Of a DNA stretch of 64,000 bases, positions 26,746 through 36,937 are shown piece after piece; positions within the stretch are counted from its first letter, which is position 1; every line of letters begins with the position of its first letter. The DNA lies in contig NIVC01000032.1 of assembly GCA_002269645.1 (NCBI GenBank), positions 744,001-808,000 on the forward strand, given 5' to 3'. The notes beneath the pieces were generated by a model. That model searched no databases, had not been told where the DNA came from, and was given only the letters and a program-made list of their open reading frames with translations. A program made the position numbers and the translations under genes. The DNA comes from Macrostomum lignano. Its lineage: Eukaryota.

Positions 26746-27729
26746 AGTATTATGATTAAACTTTTGTTTAAAAATACTTGTAGAATTGAGACAAACCCAC
26801 TACATCCATAGTTGCAGCCTACAGCTTAAGGAATACAAAATCCCGGGTTTTGCCAATCCCAGGATTCTCACGATCGGAATATCCCGGACTATGCCAATCC
26901 TGGGATCCCGACGAATTGAGCCTGGATCCAGGGATCGAAAAGGTTCCTTAAATTTTGTTGGTGCAATTTTGGTTCACGAAGCCAGCTAACCTGATTTTAA
27001 AGGGCTTTTAATGATAAAAATAGAACACACTAAAATATTTTGCTAACAAGAAACTGACAGTGAGCTCGGAATTGGAGTGTGATGTACTGGCTGGTGTAAT
27101 ATGCGTGCTTTGTTACATGCCAGTACCAGCTCAGGAAAATCACACTTGATTGTGATCTAACCTGGGGGATGATAGCTTACAGAGCTATGGCCCGAGGTAC
27201 TGATACCGTACCATGGGTAGAAGCAAGGACTACTAGAAGTGTTCCTAGTGGTCCTTGGGCAGAATGGGATCAGACCTCACCCTCCCCAGGCACCCCCCCC
27301 TAGATAGAGAATTGGTACATGTAGCTCTGGTTGTGGTCCGATAGCAAGGTCCCACTGTTCTAATCCCAACTACGGCCAAGGATCGAGTTTTGAAGGAGGG
27401 ACTGCTTAAATTAGTTATACATTATTACACCTTAAATACCCTTGCGACCTGCTAACAGCTTCTGTTTTGTGTCCCTGCAGCCCTATAGCCTTCTACTTAC
27501 TAGTCTGCATGCTTAAAAGATTAAGAAATCAAATTAGGATAACTGGGTTATGATTTACTCGTATTTCTGCAGTATTTCAGCTGCAAATACTAGTACTCGA
27601 GAATGGATCTTTGAATTATTGCAAAGCGAGATCGGGTAGTGGTCCCTGGGTCAATCCCGGGATTTTCGAATCCCGGACAATAGTTATCCCGGGATTTAGG
27701 CCTAATCAAAATTGGAATCTGTTCAAAAC

Positions 27730-27806
27730 ATGGAGGAAAAAATAGAATGGAGTGCTAATCTTAACTTTTAACATCCCTTTCCCCCTCGTTCCTTCCTATT
27801 GGCTCA
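27730..27806. mobile_element. Partial copy (29-bp internal deletion) of the TIR found at 29641 and 29846
   Basis: catggaggaaaaaatagaatggagtgctaatc|ttaacttttaacatccctttccccctcgttccttcctattggctc aligns to both arms of the 29641-29950 element. Confidence 0.8.
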
Positions 27807-28188
27807 AGGCATGTGCGTTTTGCTCACCTGATGATGATGCTGGTTGGAGCTGAGCCGTCAAGTGCTGCAGAGTGTGAAGCTGTTGCTGAAGATCCTGACG
27901 ATGGCCTTCCAGGACTTGCAGTTCGGGCAGCTCCACCTCCTGTCGCAGCGCCGCCAGCCGGTCGCTCCCCGCCCCCGGAGGCGCCTCGCCCGGGCTGCCG
28001 ATGCCGTCCTCGGCGTCCGGAGAAGAAGTCATCTCGGAGTTGTTTAAGTCTTCGTCAGCTTGCTCTAAACCGAGTGCAGTAGACAAGCGCTTGGCGAGCT
28101 GTTGTTTGCGGCCCGTAGTAGGCAGGCCTCTGTTTCGCAGCTCAGCCTTGAGTTGGTGCACGTTTAGTCGCTTTGGGCTGGCACTCAT
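27796..28188 (-). CDS. SAP-domain plus coiled-coil ORF (130 aa), probably a truncated TE-derived (gag-like) or captured fragment
   Basis: ATG in GCCACCGCCATG context. LNVHQLKAELRNRGLPTTGRKQQLAKRL matches the SAP consensus and is followed by heptad-rich RLAALRQEVELPELQVLE. The stop codon lies inside the flanking TIR-like sequence. Confidence 0.7.
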   Translation of the reverse strand: MSASPKRLNVHQLKAELRNRGLPTTGRKQQLAKRLSTALGLEQADEDLNNSEMTSSPDAEDGIGSPGEAPPGAGSDRLAALRQEVELPELQVLEGHRQDLQQQLHTLQHLTAQLQPASSSGEQNAHALSQ

Positions 28189-28397
28189 GGCGGTGGCTGA
28201 GCAAAAAATTGAGAAATGGCGACGGAGACAAGCCGGGCCGGGTGCAGAGGCTTTAGCTGGCTGGCGCGGCCAACACCCCCAGACCTCAACCCCCGCCAAA
28301 GTACAGCGATATGTACAGCGGCACCCCCCGGCGTGTCTAACACACCTTACTCAGAGAGTAACGATTGCATTACCTAAAGCTAAACAGCATCTGAGTG

Positions 28398-28541
28398 AAT
28401 GTCACTGGGTTAATGTCACTGAGCCAATGTCACTGGGCCAATGTCACTGGGCCAATGTCACTGGGCCAATGTCACTGGGCCAATGTCACTGGGCCAATGT
28501 CACTGGGCCAATGTCACTGGGCCAATGTCACTGGGCCAATG
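28398..28541 (+). repeat. 14-bp VNTR (AATGTCACTGGGCC)x10 at the 5' end of the NHL ORF
   Basis: Direct count: 10 units plus a partial unit; each carries ATG and most carry CCAAT. Confidence 0.95.
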
Positions 28542-29399
28542 TCGAGAGACACTGCGGTGAACGCGACATCCGAGGAGATAGACGCTGCTGAGAGAGAGAG
28601 ACTGTTGGAACCGATGGTCTTCAGTCACGAGGTGAAGCTGGATGGCTATGTTGCATGGCTGGCTGTGTGCAGCGACACCAGCGGATTCGTTGGTGACCGC
28701 TCAGGCCATGTGGTTCCCGCCGACTCAGCGGGAATACGTAATTCCTTGCCTCCTCCCTGCATCCTGGCATCATTCTCTTCCAACAGAGACCACCTACTGG
28801 TGCTGTCGGTGGACGGCTCACAGAAGTTGCGATGCCACTGCAACATCGACTGGAAGAATATCATCCGTGGCCTTCACTGCGACATCTGTGGAATCGGCGG
28901 CAACGCAGCCTCCGTGTTTGTGTCCAGTGGAAACAAAATTGCTGCATTCAGCAAAACGACTTGGCAGATGGAGACGGTCATCACGCTGTCTCAGCTTCCT
29001 GATGCTCGACTGGGTAACCTGGTGACTCACGACAACTGCATCCTGGTGAGAGACTGGAAGCACAAGCAGGTGCACAGAGTGCGCATCGACACCCAGCAGC
29101 TGGTGGCCTCTTTCCCGACTCAGCGTTCCGGCCTACGACAGTTTGGTGGTCCAGCCGATGTGGCCGTCGACAGCAGAGGCCGCCTGTTCGTGAGTGAATT
29201 CGCTGGTCACTCAGTGCGAGCGGTGGCTGCAGACGACGGGTCGCTGCTGTGGACTCTGGGGACTCCGGGCGAGAGCGGCAGTGGAGACGGCAGATTCAAC
29301 AGACCATGGGGTCTGGCGGTGGTGACGGGAGGTCCGCGCGAGCAGCTGGTGTTGGCTGACTTTATGAATAGCAGACTGCAGGTGTTCAGTTCATCCTAA
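28413..29399 (+). CDS. Intronless NHL-repeat beta-propeller protein (start uncertain: 28413-28539)
   Basis: FGGPADVAVDSRGRLFVSEFAGHSVRAV and GSGDGRFNRPWGLAV...LVLADFMNSRLQVF are NHL repeats; the frame is open for more than 280 codons beyond the VNTR. Confidence 0.8.
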   Translation: MSLSQCHWANVTGPMSLGQCHWANVTGPMSLGQCHWANVTGPMSRDTAVNATSEEIDAAERERLLEPMVFSHEVKLDGYVAWLAVCSDTSGFVGDRSGHVVPADSAGIRNSLPPPCILASFSSNRDHLLVLSVDGSQKLRCHCNIDWKNIIRGLHCDICGIGGNAASVFVSSGNKIAAFSKTTWQMETVITLSQLPDARLGNLVTHDNCILVRDWKHKQVHRVRIDTQQLVASFPTQRSGLRQFGGPADVAVDSRGRLFVSEFAGHSVRAVAADDGSLLWTLGTPGESGSGDGRFNRPWGLAVVTGGPREQLVLADFMNSRLQVFSSS

Positions 29400-29640
29400 T
29401 TTTATTCACATGCCGAATATTAATCGGACTGTGGGGTTTCTGCAGTTGATTGATTTATTGGAGGCCGGGTTTTCATTAGATTTCCCCCCCATTGTATTAT
29501 GCAATTTCTTACATTTTATGACCTTCTTTGTCTGATAATTGTTCATCAAGTCCAATATAACCAGAATTTATATTTATTGAATAGAAGCACATTAAACATT
29601 ATGCATGTATTAAGTAATTACATTAAAGTCGCGTTGATCC

Positions 29641-29950
29641 CATGGAGGAAAGAATAGAGTGAAGTGCTAATCTGAGCCAGTTATTTTTGTCTCGCTCGAT
29701 CTTAACTTTTAACATCCCTTTCCCCCCGTTCTTTCCTATTGGCTCGTGACTGCCATAGACAAAGTATTTTTCGTCTCGTTTTCTTTTCTGTTCCCCTCTG
29801 AAAGGTCTGTCCAGCATAGTACGAGCTCGCATCAAAATATGCTCTCAGCCAATAGGAAGGAACGGGGGGAAAGGGATGTTAAAAGTTAAGATCGAGCAAG
29901 ATAAAAATAACTGGCTCAGATTAGCACTCCATTCCATTCTTTCCTCCACG
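29641..29950. mobile_element. MITE/foldback element with ~105-bp TIRs
   Basis: 29641-29746 is the near-perfect reverse complement of 29846-29950; TTAA follows the right end. Confidence 0.85.
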
Positions 29951-30138
29951 GTTAAAAACTGGAATTCATTTTAATAGTTTAAGATCTACATATTCTATAC
30001 TGCATTAGGAAAAGTACATGGCAGCAAGTATTCTTGATTATTATTTGTTTTTCATTTCCTACAAATGTTAATCCTTCATGAAAATTGCTTTCCTAGATTT
30101 ACATGTACAAGTACGCTAGCTGTAGTATAAGCTCTATT

Positions 30139-30476
30139 CCCGTACAACAATCCGACGTCGCACCGACCTCTGAACCGACGTCGTACGACGTCTATGTAAC
30201 ATTACGTGTTTCCTATTGGTCGGACGTCGGGCCGACGTCGAAGTCGCAGTCCAAAAATTTATTTCGCGCTGCTTTAACATTTATTTTCGCGGGATGAACT
30301 GGCAAGCAATACTGTTATGCTTAATTTAATTATTTAAGGCGAATAACGTGAATTAAGGCGAATTTAATTTTCCGACTACGACCTCGACGTCAGCCCGACG
30401 TCCGACCAACAGGAAACACGTAATGTTACATAGACGTCGTACGACGTCGGTCAGATACGTCGGATTGTTGTACGGG
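30139..30476. mobile_element. MITE with ~115-bp CpG-rich TIRs, CCC...GGG ends and a 3-bp ATT TSD
   Basis: ATT|CCCGTACAACAATCCGACGT ... ACGTCGGATTGTTGTACGGG|ATT; the arms match over more than 100 bp. Confidence 0.85.
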
Positions 30477-30794
30477 ATTCTTAATCTGCTGCAATATACA
30501 TGTACGATAGTAGCTAAGCCGATTCGCTTGTATTCAGAAAACAATTGTAGGTATAGTGTTGTCGGTAATCCATGCAGGGAACGAGAAGTTTGTCGCCGAA
30601 TAAAGCTATACTGTCCCCAGAAACTCTCTCATGTACGATCGATACTTGTGTAACAGCTTCTGTTTTAGACAATGTAAATGCGTTAAAAATACATGTACAA
30701 AATTAAGACACCCACAGACTCCCACTATCAGTGGCGTACGAAGGAATTTTTTTTTAATCAAAGGTACCACAAACCTATCGGGCACCAATATCTG

Positions 30795-31035
30795 GCGTCT
30801 TGGTGGCGCCCCTGTTTCTTGGTGAGTGCCCCTGTCTCTTGGTGGCGCCCCTGTTTCTGGGTGGGCGCCCCTCTCTCTTGAATTGGCGCTCCTGTCTCTT
30901 GGTGGACGCCACTGTCTCTTGGTGGGCGCCCCTGTCTCTTGGTGGGCGCCCCTGTTCCTTGGTGGCGCCCCTGTTCCTTGGTGGGCGCCCCTGTCTCTTG
31001 GTCGGCGCCCCTGTCTCTTGGTGGCGCCCCTGTCG
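30795..31035 (+). repeat. About 21-bp minisatellite (CCCTGTCTCTTGGTGG(G)CGC)n
   Basis: Direct inspection. Confidence 0.9.
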
Positions 31036-31155
31036 GGGGGGGGGGGAAATCGATCACAATGGCGAAGATTTTCAAAGCTCAGGGACAATTGCTAGCTGAT
31101 CAATTGGGGTGACGATGGCGAGGTTTGCTCGAGGACGGGCCGAAGCAACTCATTA

Positions 31156-31196
31156 TATTTATAGGCCACATGAGAGTCACATGGTGACGTCACCAT
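31156..31196 (-). promoter_or_regulatory. CRE palindrome (ATGGTGACGTCACCAT) about 20 bp from a TATA box (TATAAATA on the minus strand)
   Basis: Perfect 16-bp palindrome at 31181-31196; TATTTATA at 31156-31163. No transcript evidence. Confidence 0.3.
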
Positions 31197-31347
31197 CGAG
31201 CCGTACGTTAATTGGCTGGAAAAAGGGTGTCTATAAGGAATGTGGCTTAGGATGAGTCACTGCGGGATCAGTGCAGGGGTAAAAATGGGTGATTGCATGG
31301 ACATGTGAGAGTAATAAATCACTACAGATGACAATCTGACATATATA

Positions 31348-31608
31348 CTCAGCAACATCGAAAAGTCGCCATCACAGAATATTTCATTTGTTGTCGCCAC
31401 TATTGAGAGGACAGGTAAAGTCTCTGAATCTTTGCAAGTGACGCAACTTAGCTACTTGGGTTGAGGAATGAAGTTGGGCGGGGTGCGGTGTGCCAGGGTT
31501 GAACTGATAAAAACTACCCCGATCAGTTTTCTCGTATCTTTTAGTCAGAAAAGTCAAAGAGAAATTGCTCACTGGCGCATAGAGTGGCGACTTTTCAATG
31601 TTGCCGAG
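31348..31608. mobile_element. MITE with ~26-bp TIRs and TA target site (Tc1/mariner-like)
   Basis: TA|CTCAGCAACATCGAAAAGTCGCCA ... TGGCGACTTTTCAATGTTGCCGAG|TA. Confidence 0.7.
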
Positions 31609-32072
31609 TATACATGTAGGTCACGCTTGTTGATACAATTTAGAGCAAAAAGAGGGTGACATTTAAGTGTGAATCGCACAACAACCCTGAGGTCAAATTG
31701 AGAATGAGAATGAGGCCTTTTGAGAATATGATGATAATAAAGTCACGAAGTATAATTTATGGAAAATAAAAGTCTCGAGTGAGCAGATATTCGAGAGTAT
31801 CAACCATTAAGCATCCTCTCATTGACAGTCTTTCTCTCTACTGAACAAGAAATATAAATCAATGCAGGAATTCAACCTCTAAAAGCTTTCTAACTCCTGC
31901 AGCAAGTCTTAACTTCTCACCTTCTAGACTTCCAAAAAGTCATATTCGAGTGTGTAATAATATCGAGTCTGAGTCTCGACTCTCAACCACATCCTATAAA
32001 TTAGTAAAAGTACAACTTGAATTTTTTTAACGTTTATCCAGGATTTTCCCATGGGGTCCGCATCTTTGGAAT

Positions 32073-32212
32073 CGCCATTTCATTTGAGGGGCCGGCATTT
32101 CATTTGAGGGGGCGCCATTTCATTTGAGGGGCCGGCATTTCATTTGAGGGCCCGACATTTCATTTGAGGGGCGCCACTTCATTTGAGGGGGGAGGCATTT
32201 AATTTGGGGGGG
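32073..32212 (+). repeat. 20-bp minisatellite (CATTTCATTTGAGGGGCCGG)n
   Basis: Direct inspection. Confidence 0.9.
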
Positions 32213-35200
32213 GGCACCGGTACCTCAATCTTAATTCTTCTCTAAGGTGGTAATCAAAGGTCTCATAGATCAAAGTTTTATTGGCATCTGAGGTAATTTC
32301 GCTGTATTTAATATCGAAAAATTGTTTAAAGTTTTGCGAATCCGCCGCTGTAATAATATTCGACTTATCTTCCTATTCATTTCGGATTTACATGCTATTT
32401 TGTATGTAAAATAGAAATTCACAATGTACTACTTCCAATAGGCAAATAGTCCGGCAAAATCGTCTTTAAGATGATGTAACTTTTTTATCTTATCAGTCAA
32501 ATATATTTCTACTAAAAGTAATAATGATTAATATTTTGCACAATAGGATGTTTATCCTTGACACGGCATCAAAATCAATCGGTTTAAGAAGTCAAAATAT
32601 AGAAAAATCGGAATTCTTGAAGCTGTTTATGTTTCTGATTAGGCCCTTAATTCTTAAAAGCTGCACACCGGGTAAATTACAATTGCAGAATAGTCGATTC
32701 GATCGATTCTGAAACAAGAGGCAAGACAAATTATAAAAAGTGCATATCAAAACAAAACAATCATGTTTCTTAGTCAAAAGTGCATCCTATTGAATATTTT
32801 AAGGAATTAGTGCTTGTGATAAGAAACGTTACCATCTGTCACTAAAATATTAGTAAAAATACATCAGGTAATAATACAGCGCTTTAGAGTTTGAAATTAA
32901 CTCTTGGAAATAAAGAAATTATAATAAAAATAAGAAATAGTAACATGTTGATAGCCTCACTTGTAGCTAATTCTAGAACTATTTTAGTCACTGCATGTAA
33001 ATGCATGTAAATCAGTACAAACATGTACATGCATATCTCTAGTTGAAGAAACCACAAAACACTAAAGTTACACTGAAAAAAATTAACAAGGGCTAGTTAT
33101 TTTTGTTAAATATTATTCACTACGTGTGTTATAATTTACCAAAATATTGTACCACTTAGCCTGATACAATTATAAAAACTTTAAAGCCTATGGGGGGCCT
33201 TTTGTAATTTAAATGTAAATTTCAGGAAACTCAGATAAAACTGAGAAATGCAGATCTTCCTCACCAGTTGTAAAGCACAATGATCAAATACATCAAATTC
33301 GCTGCAGATACCATGTAGCCAAATGGACACATTGAAAGTAAGTACATCGCAAGGCGGTTAATCTGTTTATTTAGCGTTCAAAAATAAAAGGTAAATACAC
33401 ACTATAATGGATGCATAGGTAAGAAAAACAAAAATGACTAGCTTTGGAAACATCAGTTGAATTCCTAAAATCATTTTACGAATATTAAATAATAGAAAAA
33501 CTTGCGAGTGAATAAGGGAACGGATGTCAGATGTAGGTCCTAGGGTCTCCTAGACGTCTGGTTGAAAATTCCCGTATAAATCAAATATGTTCTCAAATAG
33601 ATACTGTAAAAGATAATTTGCTATGAAGGAATGTTTTGTTATTCCTAGTGAAAATAAAAACAGTTAAAAACATTTGTTTAAACCTAAGCATGCAGTTAGC
33701 CCCAGTATTTTTCATATCTTTAAAACTTTGTTGAAAACAAACTTTTCAACTACGGCATTTTTACAAGTTGCCCAATAAATCCTTTTTAGTGAAGGCCTTT
33801 ATCACTGTACGTGTCCAATAGTTCTTTTCAAATAATGTATTATATAGCGCTAGTAATGGCTCCTCTAATCTATATATCAGTATATAAATATAGGTAGATA
33901 GCTTGCTATGTGCCATCTGCGCCTGACATTTGAGGCAGAAATCCATTTCTGCAGGCCTAAGAAAATTCCCCAGAATATAGGCCCTAGCATTATGCCAGTA
34001 TCCCGAGCTATTGCACTAGGTATGCTTAAGTTGCTGGGACCAGGGGGCAACCTCCCCCCTTTTGTGGCTGGCCATGATGGCGACCCTTTTCCTTTGGGCT
34101 AGCAGTCGCAGAAGTACCAGAAATTCCACATAAAAAAGGTCATCACACCTTCACTGGCTTGAGTTTGCTTAGTATGGCAATGGTGTGGTGCCCCCCCCCC
34201 TAGCCTAGGCACTAGTGTATATTGTGGTACCCCTCTATTACTTTTAATGTATATTATGGCAATCCCACTCTTATGCCAATGCCATTACAGTCAAAATAAA
34301 AATCTGCCTCTACCTCTAAGTCTAATTTTAACTTTAGTTTAAGTGTAAATAATTAAAAGCCAATGATATGAATATAATATAATATTAATGAACTAATTTT
34401 ACCCTCATTTTAGAGACTTCAATAAGGGTCCTAAAGTTAAAGGCAAACATAGGAAAAATATGGCCTAGGACTAGCTAACTAAGTAGGCCTAAATGATATC
34501 AGCCTTATGGAATTTCCCTGGACCCTAGCCTAGGCCCTAGGCTGTAGCCTAGAGAGCTTGTAAGGAAATTACTATTACTAGGCCTAAGCCTAATTACACT
34601 ATGGCCTAGGCCTATCTTAGGGACCCTATTATTAGCTATGGTCCTAGTCCTTAGAGATTGAGAATAAGAATAAATTCTTTAGGGTTCCTACTAATAACTA
34701 GAAAGTAGAATATAAGTAATATTCTACTGATATCTCGATAAATATAATAGTAATAGCTATTCCAAATTTTACCACAATTTATTATATTTTAGATCATACA
34801 TGCCCAACCTCAAAATTTCACCTATCCAGTGACCAATGTGACTTAAGGCCAAGTTTAGTCTAGATTTACGACTTGTTCCTCTTGATTGCAACTTAGTTCT
34901 TCCTGATTGTGATTGTGACTTAGTTCCTCCCAATTGCAACTTAGTTCCTCCCAATTGACTTAGTTCTTCTTAATTGCAACTTAGTTGTTAGTCCCCACAA
35001 TTGCAAACCTAATTTTCATTTTATATATGACTTTTTTGCCTTTTAAATTTTTTCTTTCTTTTTCTTTTTCTTTTCCCTTTTTTTTCTCCCTCCTTTCTTT
35101 CCTTTTCTCTTCCTCTCCTTTTTTTCTTCCGCCAGGCCCCAATTTTTCATTTTTTGCATTTTTGGTTTTGCAACTTATCTTGGCTGGTAGCCATTTTACC

Positions 35201-36937
35201 TGTCCAGTTTAAATGAGTCAGATAGGTATTGGGTATATATGTTTTAGATTGGCAATCTTTGTATTCCAAATTTTTATAGTTATAGCCATATTTAAAATTA
35301 ACAAAAATCTTTAATTTTCTAAAATAAAAGCAAAAAGCAAAACCTTTCAAATTTAGTACTTTTTTGTTGTTTGGTGGCCTACAATAAATATAGACATATT
35401 TTAATATACAATGGCCAATAATATAGATTTTAGCCAAGAAGTTAAAATAGAAATAAGAAAAGAATATTTTTTTATAAAAAATTTAGTCAACTTTCATGTA
35501 TATTATTATAGGATATTATATAAGGTGCCAAAAATATTTATAATCTATAACCATAGCCACCACTAGGCAAGATTGCCACTCTAATTTTCCCATAGGCCTA
35601 ATATTTAGGTAGAATACTATTGATAAAAAATTTCCTAGGGAATTAATATCCCTAATGTGAAATAAAAAGCAAGAGTAGGCCTACATTTGATTATTTTTTA
35701 TAGATTATAGAAGAAAAATTTTTATAAGTGTTCATTGATTTTCATCTATATAATAAAAAAATTATTTTGTAATTTGTAAAAACCTAGCTTATTAAAAATT
35801 ATAGTATAATCTGTATTCATAATATTAAAGACTTTTATATTTTAAATGGAACAAAACATATTTTTAGCATTCAAGGTCATCATAAAATAAAAATGCAAAG
35901 CTAATATAAGAGGCCTAATATATCATTATTTTTTATTCTTAGTCTAACCCACCTTATCATATATACAATTTTACCAAAAATTAATTTTTTATAGGTTTTA
36001 CTTTATTGCCCCTGGCCTGACCTTTATCACAGAAATATTTTTAATAGGGCCTATATAATATTATATATTATACTAGTGCTTCTGAACCTATGGGCTGCAA
36101 CTCCCAGTGAGGTTGCCTGACCATTTTCTAGGGTTTGCAGCACCAAGAAATAATAAAATGTCATGCTTAATGATGCAATATATTGATTATAAATGGTCAC
36201 AAACAAAAAATGATGCAAGTGAATAAATTAAGGTTGCCTGAAAAAAGGTTGTAGTTATAGAAGTTATTACCCCAATCACAGAATATATATGTAAATACAT
36301 GCTTAACACTTGGCTGACCCCGCCAATTTGGCTGATAGGTGAGAGGTCTTGCCAAGGTTAGTAGCAAAAATGCCAACCTGAAAAAATAGATGCATTACTA
36401 ATTAGATGATGAGGCATTTAGCCCTAGTAATACAGTCATAATTACTCTTGCAGTTTATCTAAAAGTATATTAATTTTGATTTAGGATTTCTTTCATAGGT
36501 AAGTTGCATTTTTGGTCAAAAAGTAAGTTGCATAGCTTAGTGAAATTTTGAATTTGGGCATGTATGTATATATAGTGTCAAAAAATCTCTGTTGTTTGAG
36601 TCTTCAATCCTAAGGACTTATAAGCTGCCTACAGATTGAAGGTAAAAGCATTCATCTTTACTTTAGCTCTCACCATCTCAATGAGAACATGGGCAGTGTG
36701 GGCACATGGCATAAAAAACCTGGCACTTAAAGTTGCCCCTGTTCTGAAACTGGCAATATACATTTATTTCTATTTGAATATTGTCATAAAACCTAGGTAA
36801 ATTTATAATGCACTCTGATCTTATTGTTACAGCCATCTCTAACCCAAGTTAAGTTTAACTGAAAGCTGCAATCGCAAAAGGTTAACCCAAAGTCTCAGTT
36901 GGCATATCTAGAACATTATATAAGGCGATTATCTGCT

